Shown: positions 1-11,800, numbered from the stretch's first letter. The stretch is DNA of 36,918 nucleotides from Microthyrium microscopicum (GCA_010405405.1 MU004233.1:1924566-1961483); one strand, 5' to 3'. Notes: generated by a model from the sequence alone, not told the origin. A program made the numbers and translations.

Positions 1-1517
1 TGGTTTGGGGCCGCGCCAGCATAAATTAGGTCAGCTTGGGCGTCGGAGGGCGAAGTGAAAGCTTGCGCAAGGTAATTTGAAGTATCCTCCCAATCGAGTC
101 CATTGACAGTCCAGTTGCCGTTGCTAGAGTTTACTCCGTGTATGTTTGAGGGTGGTATTAGGTTTGTCCACACCATGTCAATACTCTCTTCTCTCCAGAC
201 TTGCTGAGAGGTAAAGTCCCACTCGGTAGGTGGCGGCTCTGTGTAGGTACCGTTGCGGACGTTGACGCCGGTGTACGTCTTACCGCAGAAGTTGAGGGCG
301 CATTCATAGACCTTGGCATTCTTTCCGGGAGGTGTCTCATAGTTCACAGCTGGAATGCTGACAGCCGCGAAGAGGATGAGTTGGTTTAAAAGAGCCGGAA
401 GGCCGTTCTTGCCCAGATTCACAGAACTATATGCTACACTGTTGAAGAGCGTTGCTTTTGTATTGTGAGGAGCCGATAATGCTGTAGCGTTCAATTTATA
501 GTTCGCCGGTGTCGTGAAGTTGCACGTCCAGCCCGTGTTCATACCAGAAGTCTGCGTACATGTTTGTTTTGTTGAGCTGCTGACATCATTGCATTTGCTG
601 CATAGACCAAGACTCATGTATGGGTCCCAGTCGCAAGTTGGTGTACTACACGTAGGTACAACCTTGAGAGGTGTGGCGTAGAGGCCGGCGTAGAATCCAG
701 CTTGAAGCTCTACTGGCGAATTGTTGGTTGTTGGAAAGACTTCCGCGGGAGCAACCCCACCCGAGCCTGATCGACCGGTGTCATACAGCTGACTGTATGA
801 AGTAAGAGCAACACTGTGGTCGAGTGGGATCTGATCTTGCTGGAAGGCAATGACTTGCTGCACAAAAGGATCTACTCCGAGCGCAGTGAGTGTTACAAGG
901 GCTCCAAGGATAGCAGCGAAAGTTTTGATAGAAAAGAGGATTTGTATTGCGCCATACGGTCCACGACTAGCTCTATCGAAGATCTCGAGCTTCTCCAGTT
1001 TCCGTGGCCTCTGCGATTGATAGTACTGCCACTTCTGTTGAGATATGCACTCCGCTACGGGTAAGAGGAGTGCGGACTTTGCGACTGTTGACAAGATTGA
1101 AACAATTGTATTTGGCTGGATAGTCCAATGCCAACTTTCGATGGGTTTGCCGTTTATCCACGCGAGCACGACGATTATAGCAACTGTACAGAGAATGCTT
1201 AGGATAGCCGCCGCTACCTCTAATGTCCACCAGTCAGTCCAGTACAGTGGCAATCGTAGCCTCTGTCGTCGGGATGCAGTCGAAGACACTGGCCGTAATC
1301 CCTTGAGATTCTCCTGCGAGGTTCGGGCCGTTGACGGCAAGGGATTATTCCCCGAGTCTCGTTCGACATCCTCTGATTCCATGTTATTGTGATGATTTTC
1401 TACCTCTTCGGACTGCGAATAGCCAGCTGAACTGTTTTGGTCATGATGTCGCTCAAACGAAAGCCTCTCATGTCTTGGTACCAACTCATACTGATCTTGG
1501 AGTCGCGAAGCCGCCAT
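1..1517 (-). CDS. DUF3176-family fungal membrane protein (3'-partial, >505 aa, runs off the left edge)
   Basis: Uninterrupted minus frame from ATG 1517: MAASRLQDQYELV...WWTLEVAAAILSILCTVAIIVVLAWINGKPIESW..IQPNTIVSILSTVAKSALLLPVAECISQQKW...LEIFDRASRGPYGA...LGVDPFVQQ...CSTPTCDWDPYMSLGLCSKC...VYECALNFCGKTY. These are the typical DUF3176 motifs. The ORF track misses it because there is no stop in the window. Confidence 0.9.
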   Translation of the reverse strand, partial: MAASRLQDQYELVPRHERLSFERHHDQNSSAGYSQSEEVENHHNNMESEDVERDSGNNPLPSTARTSQENLKGLRPVSSTASRRQRLRLPLYWTDWWTLEVAAAILSILCTVAIIVVLAWINGKPIESWHWTIQPNTIVSILSTVAKSALLLPVAECISQQKWQYYQSQRPRKLEKLEIFDRASRGPYGAIQILFSIKTFAAILGALVTLTALGVDPFVQQVIAFQQDQIPLDHSVALTSYSQLYDTGRSGSGGVAPAEVFPTTNNSPVELQAGFYAGLYATPLKVVPTCSTPTCDWDPYMSLGLCSKCNDVSSSTKQTCTQTSGMNTGWTCNFTTPANYKLNATALSAPHNTKATLFNSVAYSSVNLGKNGLPALLNQLILFAAVSIPAVNYETPPGKNAKVYECALNFCGKTYTGVNVRNGTYTEPPPTEWDFTSQQVWREESIDMVWTNLIPPSNIHGVNSSNGNWTVNGLDWEDTSNYLAQAFTSPSDAQADLIYAGAAPN

Positions 1518-2264
1518 ACTAATGTGAGTCAATCCCAATAACCGATACTAAACGTTCGGAAGTCATGGTACAAAAGACACTTGATCATTCTGATATACCT
1601 TATAGATTAGGCGCCTATCCGCAGTCAAGTAACAGATAATATACCAACAACATGGTATTTATAGATGATGTGATACATGGGTACGCAGCATTTATGTGGC
1701 TGCGCCCCCGCAGTATAGAGTCTACTTGTCAGCACTTGCCCAGCATTAACCAGGCGAAGGCACAAGGCAAACTCAATGACAGGGTCGTTAAACCGTAGAA
1801 CTGTGTGAAACGAAACATATATGGCTGAGTAGTAACCTATCGTGCCTGTGCATCGGGACTCGGAGGGTGAGTGGAAGTCCGCAGTGGTCCGGTCTAGTTC
1901 CTGCCCAAGTACTGGTCAACGTATATGATGGTGCTTAAGTCCCAAATTGGGGCCATGGAGGTTTCAAGCTGGAACTCTCTAGAATGAGGTTTGATCGTTC
2001 TTTTGTAAGTCGGGCAAAGACCTTGCAAGAGAGTTGTCTCAAAATTCCAAGTTCAAGATGTAGTGAGTGTTTAAGCGCTAGTGCTGAACGGGCTTAGCTC
2101 CTATTTCAATTGCCTCTCAGCTTGAGCCTATCAGATGTCACCTCTCAAAACCGAGGCACTGTCTTGGTCTCATTCATATCTGATGGGGATGCGACAACAT
2201 TTCCTGCCATCGCCATCAGATGTTCCGCAACCACTGATCTGACCATCTTCTCAACATTTTCAAG

Positions 2265-3386
2265 ATGGCAGCGACACATTCTGCCCATCATTTTCCATTC
2301 GCCTCATCCCCCGATATCATTCGATCCAACCAGAAAGATGCTTACTTCCAAGCCGTTCTTCTCGAGCAGCTATCCGACATTGTACGCAAGGTCTACGGCG
2401 CACGCTTTACCCACAACTATACTTCCGAGATCAGAACATTCGCCGATCTACTCTATCATAGTCTTACCACCTTCGTCGGCAACCGCACTCTTGGCGAGGA
2501 ATACTGCGACATCGTTCAAGTCGAACATGATACCCTTAAACTACCCACTGTCTCGCGCCGCTCCGGCTACATCCTCACCACCATCCTCTTTCCCTACGGG
2601 CTCAACAAAGTCCTTCCCAGCCTAAGACGGCGCATAAAAACAGTTCTCGAACGATCGCTACGCACATCGGCCAAAAGAGCCGAAACTTCCACGTCGAAAT
2701 ATACAAGGGCACTCCGCTCATACCTACTCGCCAACATCGACACCATAACCTCCCCCGCCCCTCTTTACGCCGTCTCCCTAGCTATCTTCTACTTTTCCGG
2801 CGCTTACTACCAACTCGGTAAACGCCTCTGGGGTCTCCGCTACACATTCACAAGACGCGTTGATCCTAGCGACCAACGCGTAGGCTATGAAGTTCTCGGT
2901 GTACTTTTAGTACTACAAATGGCCGTCCAAGGTTACACGCACATGCATAGCACAGTTTCCCACGGAGCCGCTCCCACTGTCGCCAACGCCGGCTCATTAA
3001 TGGGCGGAACCGCTCTAGTAGGCAATGGCGTAGAAGTGAGTCTAGATCCGCAAGCGTACAGTAGCAACAACGCACTACTATTCGAAACGGATGGTCAAGC
3101 GCCCGCAACAGAAGTCGATACGGCGAGGTTGCAAAAGATCACGCATACACCAATATTATCTGGGCCACGGTATAAGTTGGAGGATCGCACCGTGATGCAG
3201 TGGATTCCGACGAAGCAACAGCGTAAATGTACGTTATGTCTGGAAGAGCTTAAAGATCCCAGTGTGACGACGTGCGGGCACGTATTTTGCTGGACGTGTA
3301 TTGGTGATTGGCTAAGAGAGCGACCTGAATGTCCGCTATGTAGGAGTCAAGTTTTGAGTCAGCATGTTTTGCCGCTTAGGGGATGA
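2265..3386 (+). CDS. PEX10: Peroxin-10, peroxisomal RING E3 ligase (373 aa, single exon)
   Basis: N-terminal Pex2/Pex12 domain (FPFASSPDIIRSNQKD, TLGEEYCDI, GYEVLGVLL) and C-terminal C3HC4 RING (CTLC...CGHVFCWTCI..W...CPLCR). Confidence 0.96.
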   Translation: MAATHSAHHFPFASSPDIIRSNQKDAYFQAVLLEQLSDIVRKVYGARFTHNYTSEIRTFADLLYHSLTTFVGNRTLGEEYCDIVQVEHDTLKLPTVSRRSGYILTTILFPYGLNKVLPSLRRRIKTVLERSLRTSAKRAETSTSKYTRALRSYLLANIDTITSPAPLYAVSLAIFYFSGAYYQLGKRLWGLRYTFTRRVDPSDQRVGYEVLGVLLVLQMAVQGYTHMHSTVSHGAAPTVANAGSLMGGTALVGNGVEVSLDPQAYSSNNALLFETDGQAPATEVDTARLQKITHTPILSGPRYKLEDRTVMQWIPTKQQRKCTLCLEELKDPSVTTCGHVFCWTCIGDWLRERPECPLCRSQVLSQHVLPLRG

Positions 3387-3845
3387 AATGGAGATAGCAT
3401 GTATGATACCCAATGTAATGTGTTCATGACCGCCTTTCATTTCGGACTATATGTCTGCTGCAGTACAAGAGCAGCACGTTTTGAATACTTTCTCGAGCGA
3501 TCCTTATCGATTGGGGATGCTGATGTATCTGCATCTAGCATTTTACTACTGACAGTGGCTCGAACGCAGTGCTTCATACAGTCAAAATTCGCTATACTTG
3601 TACTTGAAGTTGAAGTTATTGAAGCATTCCAAATCTTAATGAAGAAGTACACAAGTATAAAAAGCGTAGAGTCGTGGAATGAGAGAGAATGGAACCAAAT
3701 AAGTTTGAACGCCACAAACTTGCCCCTGAAAAAACCAATTGTGGCTTGCTTGCTGCCAAGCTAGGAAGGTACGGAAATCGCGTCTTCTATCAACATCAAT
3801 CCTACTCGAATGCCATCAATTGTCCTCAGGTAGCAATTTACTCTG

Positions 3846-4422
3846 ATGGCAGGTCGTCGTCTTGCTTGGCCGTTGCGTATCAAAAAGACTGTCGCCCAGA
3901 ACGTTCAACGTTCAGCATTACCGATCATGAACGCACCAGGCGGGAACAGCGTCATACACGATTCAATCATCTCGAAGGGCGAAGACACGCGCAAGATAAA
4001 AGAAGCAATGAGCGTGCTACTCGAGAAAGATTGGTTTGTCGATGTTGATGAGCCTGAAATAAAAAAGACGTATCACTTCAAGACGTATACGAAGGTGGCC
4101 GTAAGCATGATCCAACTTTTAACTCCACTTCAACTCTAATTGAACCATACAGGATTTACATAACCTCATTGCTGTGAGATGCAAATCTGAAAATCATCAT
4201 CCAACCATGATTACTGCAAGTGGTCTGATACCAGACATCGGTGATTTTGCTGACCATTTTTAGAAATACGGCTCTTTGACTGTCCATTGGACAACGCATC
4301 ATCCGCGTGGATTGTCCAACAAAGATGTAAGAATGGCGCAGTATTGCGACGAACAAGCAGCAAGCATCGGAACAGTAAAGAGTGACGACGCAGTGAAATG
4401 CAAACCAGAAGGCTCGACTTGA
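3846..4422 (+). CDS. Pterin-4-alpha-carbinolamine dehydratase family protein; exons 3846-4100, 4153-4215, 4264-4422
   Basis: Spliced product has IKKTYHFKTY...SENHHP...VHWTTHHPRGLSNKDVRMAQYCD (PCD motifs). Intron 1 is GTAAGC..CAG; intron 2 is GCAAGT..GCTGAC..TAG. The start could instead be ATG 3927. Confidence 0.88.
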
Positions 4423-4577
4423 GAGAACCAGATGGTATTTCATCGGTATGAACATTCAATACAGTTCATCGCATGCATACAGAATTCAACGGCATGTGAT
4501 GAGTTCAGGCCAACAAATTTCTGTATGTGACTTGACTATTCCGCATAGTGATAATTCTCTAACACATTATCTCTATT

Positions 4578-5554
4578 CTACAGCAACTGGCTTGTAAGCC
4601 CAAATATGACCAACAGAACGATAGCCTGAACGAAGACAGCTGGACGATCCTTTGCAGCACGACTTTTTCCAATAACGCCGCCGCCTGGGCTGTTTGGGTT
4701 TCCATAGCTCCCCAACTGAACGGGTCCTCCAATATATGGCTGCACCTGTGGATATCTCGTTGAGTTCATCATGGTATTCCAATCCATCACTTTATTCTCA
4801 AGCCTGTCACAAGCTATACGTCCGCCACCATCGCTGTTATCTGCCGTAGGTGCAGGATATGGTTTGTCGCCCGGGTGCGATGAGTTTTGCGGTATGCTGT
4901 TTGTTACGCTGATCGGTAGATCAAAAATCGTGTAATACTCTGATCCGTTCATGCGATATTGCTGATGTATTGATATATTGTACGATCCTCGAGCGTCTTT
5001 ACCTGATGATCGTTGACCATTGCCTACGAGACACTTTCAATAGTCAGCATTACATTTCCTTCTCAATTGTGGGTCTTGTACCAAGGGCCAGAGCCAGTTG
5101 ACATGTTTTACTGTGCTTCCTGGTTCTTGGTTCAGTATGTCGATATCTGGTAGTGTGCCTGTCGCGTTGGTCGCGTTCGATATCGTGAAATTATGCCCCG
5201 TCTCGTAACTTGTCAGGAATAGCGTGATGTTGCGGAAGAATGTGGGTGTTCTGGTATCATTGACCGGCGGCCATGGTAGTCTGCCGCTTCCACTGACATC
5301 GATAGCTACTTGCAAGAAGTCTTGACTGTTCTTAGCTAACGTTCATGTTCTAGTTTGATATCACTAACCTCCGCCCAGAGGCGTAAATGGTTGAGGCTAT
5401 ATCATTCAGGTCAGCGAGATCCCACCACTCCAGGCAGCTCATAGAGACTTACCGCATCCACTACTGCTAATCCAGGAGTAAAGATTTGCCCGTTGACAAC
5501 TGTGAATCCAGTCGAGTTTTGGTTGGTGAGGCGCTGAGATGAAAGATTCATCAT
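4578..5554 (-). CDS. Conserved uncharacterised fungal cell-surface protein with GPI-like hydrophobic tail; exons 5554-5453, 5396-5369, 5320-5082, 5033-4578 (5' end uncertain)
   Basis: Three GT-AG introns join VVNGQIFTPGLAVVDA/PQPFTPLGG/DFLQVAIDVSG...EPGSTVKHVNWLWPL/CLVG...RGSYNISI...YTIFDLPISVTNSI in frame. Many N-glycosylation sequons. C-terminus AVFVQAIVLLVIFGLTSQLL. Confidence 0.8.
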
Positions 5555-6236
5555 TGATTACCAAGAAAAATAATTTGATGGACTCAAAATTAAAGGGTAC
5601 CTGTTATACCGCCGGATGTCCCAAAAGACTCATGCAAATACAACTGAAAGTTCACAATGTTCAGGAAGCTAAGAAAAAGCACGACTGCTACGAGGTATGA
5701 TGTATTTGAGCTTAACCTGGTAGGATTACTTTTTACGAATCCTTGTTCATTAATTGATTAGCTCCCAGATTTATACACAGTTTCAGATGCCAAAGGCGTC
5801 GGCCTTGTCGGGCAAGGCTATAAACAACCATCCAATATATGAGCCTATCCATCCACATTTCAACAGCTCCAATCACAGCAAGAACATCCAATCGGAACAT
5901 TATAAAACGCTGCACTGACACTACTCATACTGCTGTAAGTTATATAAAGCGTTGACGTAGAAGCAGATCCATGGAATATCTGGACCAAGCCATGGATGCA
6001 TTAAGGCTTCTGCATCTACTACATTATTCACGTGAATCTAACCTACTCGAGGACAAAATTTGCTCAAGGTGATCAAACTACTCAAACTCAAGCTCCTCTG
6101 GTCAAATTACAAATGATGGTAAGCAGCGAAGGAAAAGCTTGTCTGAGAACCCAATTATATTCTTATTGCTGGCTATTTCTAGACTTTCCACAAGAATATG
6201 TTTACTTGTCAGGGCTCGAACTCGAGTCAAGCAGTC

Positions 6237-7328
6237 TTAAAGGCTAACAACCAGCTTTGTGCCGCTTACACCAGCTCTGAGTTTCTCAACTCCCAAACCG
6301 ATAGCGTCGAACCCGTATCCGACAACTTCCACTTTCACAGGCACCACAAACTTCCCATCTTCAATCAATTGGCCCAGAGCGTATAAAACCTCGCCTCCAC
6401 CTGGAGTACCAAAGATGTCGGCAGCCATGATGATGTTTCTAGTCACACCTTCTGGCGGCGAAATCTGACCTGAAAATTCTGTGGCCACTTCACCATATAT
6501 CTTTGGCCCTTCTTGGCTAAATGACTCGAAAATGTCAGTCTGCGACGCGGCGCTGGCTACTGTATCGATGATAGCATCAACACCCCTTCCGTCTGGTGTT
6601 GCTCCTTTGATGTCGCTGATGAGGCTGAGATCTTTGTAGCTGAGTACTGTGGTGGCTCCAAGTTCCTTGAGTCTGTCATTGTGAGCTGGAGAACTGGTGG
6701 TAATGATCGTGACAGCTGGCAGACTAAGACGCAGCAACTGAATGACAGAAGCTCCCACAGATGAACTACCACCAAGAACTAAAATGGACTTGTACTCATG
6801 TGGACATTTCATGTGCTTCATTTCTGCCACGAAAGGCAGAGGGACTTTCAAGACACAGAACACTGCATTGGCGGCAGTAACGTATCCAACTCTGAAAGCT
6901 CATATTAGCCAGTGACCTTAACTAGAGGGAGACGTCACTTACGGCAAAGAGGCGGCTTCCTCGAAAGACAACTTTTTTGGTTTCAATGAGATATGTTGCT
7001 CGGGAATTATTGCAACCTCTTGGAACGCAGCCTGTTCCTTGACTTCAGAATGATCAGATCGAAAGTTTGCGAATACTTCATCTCCTGCCTTGAACTTGGT
7101 TACATCCGCGCCGACTGCCTCAACGATACCTGAGCCATCATAACCGAGTACAGTTGGCCATTTAGTGATCATGAGGCCAGTGTCCAATTGTTTCCAGTCC
7201 AAGGGATTGAGAGCAACAGCCTTCATGCGAATAGCAACTTGCTTGCTGTCTGGGGCAGCTTTTGGAACTTTGACGAGGTTGAATGGGCCACCTTTCTTGG
7301 TAAGTTGATATTGCAGAGTGGTAGCCAT
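6237..7328 (-). CDS. Medium-chain reductase, enoyl-reductase-like (LovC-type) NADPH oxidoreductase; exons 7328-6943, 6891-6237 (346 aa)
   Basis: AVALNPLDWK, VLGYDGSGIVEAVGADVTKFKAGDEV, LSFEEAASLP/VGYVTA, GGSSSVG nucleotide-binding loop and C-terminal VSGTKLVV. Intron GTAAGT..CTAAT..CAG at 6942-6892. Confidence 0.92.
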
Positions 7329-8179
7329 TCTGTTAAATATATGCTTGACCTGAAGAGAAGTGATTATGCGTCGAACAACTAAAGAAGTCTTGTGATAGAG
7401 CGGGATTGAATGAATATTGAGATGGTTTGATAACTATGAACAGAAGAGCGTTGACTTCGCTCAGACTTTATACAACAATTTTCTCTCGTCTTCAACTTAC
7501 CAATTTCATACAAGTAGTATTGCTTGCCAATGAAAAGTGGAAACTCAGCCTGATGGGAGCTTTAGATATACGCTTAGCTAAATCAGGACCGTATTCAATG
7601 CCCTGCCGCTCGAGGCACGATCTCGCAGATCGCGTTATTCCTCTTTAGGACCGTATTCTAGAGAATGCCTTGTTCAGGAATTATTCTGGCTTCATATACC
7701 AAGCAACTGTGAGCGTAGATTCGTAAACATTTGTTTATTCGGTCTTAGAAAGAGTCCGACTTGGGATTTGATTATAAATCTCATCTTGAATCACTTGAAA
7801 GACTGGAAAACCCGAAGAGCCGGATTAAGAATTGGGCCTGACATATGCAATTGTTCATGTCAACTCACCAGAAAGCAAAGTGTTCCAGCGTCGGCGAGGA
7901 TAAAGCAGAAACGCAGGGCAAAGAGCAAAGCGAGCTAAGTTTCTTTTTGAACAGCGTAAAGAGTGAGAATTCCATCGCCTGATATTGTGTACTTCTCAAC
8001 TACCAGTGACTTTATACATGATACTAACTGACCCCACTGGAGCATTCGGATAGCCCCAAATTGGGGTAAGTACCTGTCTACGGTATCAAATCGCAGCATC
8101 ATCCAAACTGCGAACCATCTCTATAACCTGATATGCCTTCATTACCACATCATTTGATCGCTGGCGGCTATCCAGAGTC

Positions 8180-9502
8180 ATGGCAGGAAACGAGCAATAT
8201 ACATGGGTTATCAATACCATCGCCAGATCGACTGAATTGAACAGTAACAATAAAAGTCGCACTCGGAGACGCCACCAGAAGTCTAGAAATGGGTGCAACA
8301 GCTGCAAACAACGGCGATTGAAGGTATGGTTTCCCTATTTTCGAATTTCAGCAGGTCGAGATTAACTTGCGAAGTGCGATGAAAAGCGGCCCCAGTGTGG
8401 GCAGTGCCAATATAGAAACTCAGATTGCAATTACACAATTGTTCCAGCAAATCAGGCAAAGCAAGCACAAAAGGTTGTCTTGGGCCCTGCATGTGCTACG
8501 AGTGGTAGAGAAGAAGAGAAAGCGGCGGTCTTGACACTTCTCCAACAGTCTGCTACCGCATATCACACTGATTCTGGATATCAATTACACCACACATTTG
8601 AGCTCATAGATCATTGGCACGAGGTTTCGGTACCCTGCATAGGCTCACCTCCAGTGCAGCAGATGATGCAAGAAAAAGGCATTAAGCTTGGACTAGAGGC
8701 ACCTTTTCTCCTTCATGCCATACTCACCTTTTCAGCCACTCATTTGGCCTATCTCTATCCATTTGAGAGCCAATACTCGTTAGCTGCAAGTATTCACTAC
8801 GGGGAATTCTTACGTGGCTATGGATGCGAATTGAACAGAGCCTCTCAAGAGAATGCAGACCAGCTCTTTGGCACTTGCTTTCTCGTAGACATGCTTACAT
8901 TCTTCAATGCGTCACAGCACCTGAACATGAACGACACTCTGATTCCAGATATCAGTTGGGTAAAGACAGTGAAGGGACCAGATATGCTCGGTTATCTTAC
9001 AACCATTGAAACCTCAAGGGAAAGAGACGTTTGGGGATTTGCTTTTCGAGCATGTGATCATTGGAGACAACTCAACGGATCATCAACCCACGACGTTCCG
9101 CGGTGGATGTATGAGCTTAACGGGTATTTCGAATCGTCTGAGAGGGACAATCTGATACTCGATGAGCTACAAGAACATCCTTTTGAAGGCCCACTCCGGG
9201 AGCTTACGCTACTCTCAAGGTGGAACGGGCATCAACAAAGTATAGGTGGCTTTGTAGCCATGATCGAAAAGTTGCCTCTATCTTTTGTTCAACTTCTGGA
9301 GGCATTGGATCGTCACGCCTTGTTGATCCTATGTTACTGGTGTGCCCACTTCTCTCGAATCAATCAATGGTGGATCAAACAACCAGCCAAAAAGCAGTGT
9401 CGAGTGATTTGCGCGTATTTGGAACAGCAGTCATCAGATCGTGGTTTCAAAGCGATGTTGTTGTATCCTGCCCAGCTATGCGGCTTGAGTTTGGAGATCT
9501 AA
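8180..9502 (+). CDS. Zn(II)2Cys6 transcription factor, Upc2/Ecm22-like; exons 8180-8323, 8375-9502 (423 aa)
   Basis: RRHQKSRNGCNSCKQRRLK/CDEKRPQCGQCQYRNSDC binuclear cluster split by intron 8324-8374. Downstream PFLLHAILTFSATHL and ALLILCYW..WW segments are typical of this family. Confidence 0.92.
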
Positions 9503-10198
9503 TAAGCTAAAAACCAATTATTTAAAATGGTTAAATCAGTCCTATTGAACACTTCGGCCTGAACAGGTTGCTTACTATGAGAGAAAGGTGGTATAGTAAA
9601 ACAGGCGTGTAGTTCTCATCTTGCATCAATTCAAATAGGCTCTTGTAAAATTCCGCTTTAATCGATGAAGTAACATTGAGACGTCTAATAAGTCAATCTT
9701 TATATCGCGCTTATACGTACCGATATGAAGTGATAATGTGATATCTGAAAATACATCCTTCTACAGATTTACCGTGTGCTTTTTATAGTGATTAGTTCTG
9801 GATTTTGAACATGGTATATCATATACCTAGAAATCGTAATGTATTGAAGTTTGACAAATATTGAAACTCTGATAATCAAAAAATCCAAGCAATTGATCTC
9901 AAAATCGAAGGAAGGATCTCTACCCTTTTCTCCAACCACAATTCTTGGAATTTCATCGCAATTCAAACTTGAACCGTTTGAGATGAAAAATAAACCTCTA
10001 CAACAATAGAAATCAAAACTGAATACAATCATACTAAAAGGCTAAATTCACTAGAATCGTCCTTGATTCCTGGCCTCCCGCTTATCGATAGCCCCAACGC
10101 AACCTCGGCTTCCATTGCAGCTTCCAATGCCATCTTGCATGAAGGTTTGTATTCATCTCAAAACACCAATCTGATGAGTATCACGCACGCTGAACATC

Positions 10199-11295
10199 AT
10201 GGCGTTTCCCAAAAGCATGCAAGCCATTCACATTCCGGCCTTTGTCACGTCTTTGAACTCACTCGCAGTCTCCTCGGTTCCACTTCCTACCGTGAATGCC
10301 ACCACGCTGTTGATACGAGTAACTCACGTATCTCCCACTCACGTCGACATACTTTATGCTCAAGGAAAACATCAGAACAATAGACGCCATGCTAAACCAC
10401 CCTTCATTCTAGGTATGGACTTTGCTGGAGTAGTGGTACGCGCACCTGCAGGATTTGAGTACCAACAAGGCGACAACGTCTATGGCTCGTACTTTGGAGC
10501 GTTTGCAGAATTCATCGCTCTTGATGTGAGTAATGGACCGGGTGGTGTGAGACGCGTACCGAAGAGTTGGACCAACGCTGAAGCTTGCGCTGTGGGTGCC
10601 AGCGGCGCAATCAGTCTTGGCTGCTTTTATAGAGCAGGCAAAATACGCAAAGGCGACTGGGTGTTGGTGACTGGTGCTTCAGGTGGACTCGGCGTAATTG
10701 CATGCCAGATTGCAAAGATTTTGGGCGCAAAAGTTGTCGCTTTAGCAGGTGACACGGAAAAAGCACAAATGCTCAAGTCGATTGGTGTTGATGCGTGTGT
10801 GTCATATCATGAACCAAAATGGGAGTCCACTGTGTTGAAAATTACAGGAAGTGGCGTCTCTATGGTGTATGATGCGGTTGGAATGGTCGAAAGCTCGCTA
10901 AGATGTTGCAAGTTTGGTGGCACCGTCGTGATAGTCGGCTTTGCTGGTCGAGGCGGTGACATGGAATCACTCAAAGTCAACCGTATCCTTCTCAAAGGAG
11001 CCGGAGTAGTCGGATACGTAAGTTGACCTAGTAGAGATTCTATATCGACGTGCTAATGTGACTGCAGAGATTCGGAGAACATGGTCGACAGAAACCTGCA
11101 GAGACTGCAAAGATATGGAAAGATTTCGATGATATGGTTGACACTGGACTAATAAGACCCGTCGTTTACAACACGCCCTACCAAGGACTGGCCTCTATTT
11201 CGACTGCAATGAACGATATGCACAATCGGAAAGCTTGGGGCCGTGCAGTTGTCACAATATCACAGGCTGACAATCAGGCTCGATCTCGAATTTAA
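10199..11295 (+). CDS. NADPH:quinone oxidoreductase (zeta-crystallin/QOR-like MDR); exons 10199-11017, 11068-11295 (348 aa)
   Basis: PPFILGMDFAGVV, VLVTGASGGLG, VVIVGFAG, VNRILLKGAGVVGY/RFGE...RKAWGRAVV. Intron GTAAGT..GCTAAT..CAG. Confidence 0.92.
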
Positions 11296-11800
11296 GTTCT
11301 CTATTTGATCGAATCAGCAGCACACACCAGTTGGCGTCAGCTAGCGATGGCACACATGAAAACTGCCAATCATTCAGTCGCATCAAGTGGTAAGATTTTT
11401 GATGTTATAGTCGTTCCACTGGCTTCACAGCAAAGGTACTATATTACATATCTTTGGCGCCCAAAGGTCGATCGCCTTTATCTGATTTTCACTGACACCT
11501 TTGACCACAGGATTTGAAGAAACAAAGAAACTATAAAGACAAGGTGTCGACCTTGATGTCTTTGTGACAACACAAAAGAAATCACCAATATGTTCACAAT
11601 GCCATTGTTCACCTCAGATACGAATATAGTGGCGAGTACAATGTCACTGCGTGTATTCCCTGATTCTACATATAGGACTTCACCAATCGCGAATGAGATA
11701 TTTTGTAAACGTACAACAGCACTCGTATTCAAACAAACCTACAAACGCCGCACACGACGAAAACAGCACGACAGGACCATCCTCTGCGAGCAATTTCAAC

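Noticed and set aside
158..1522. Six short ORFs from the track
   Set aside because: They are alternative-frame or antisense shadows of the DUF3176 gene.
2110..3108. 171-aa plus ORF and 80-aa minus ORF
   Set aside because: They overlap PEX10 out of frame or antisense, and their Ser/Pro/Thr bias reflects C-rich codons.
3399..3764. Overlapping 121-aa (+) and 92-aa (-) ORFs between PEX10 and PCD
   Set aside because: No recognisable motif, and the region is probably UTR/promoter.
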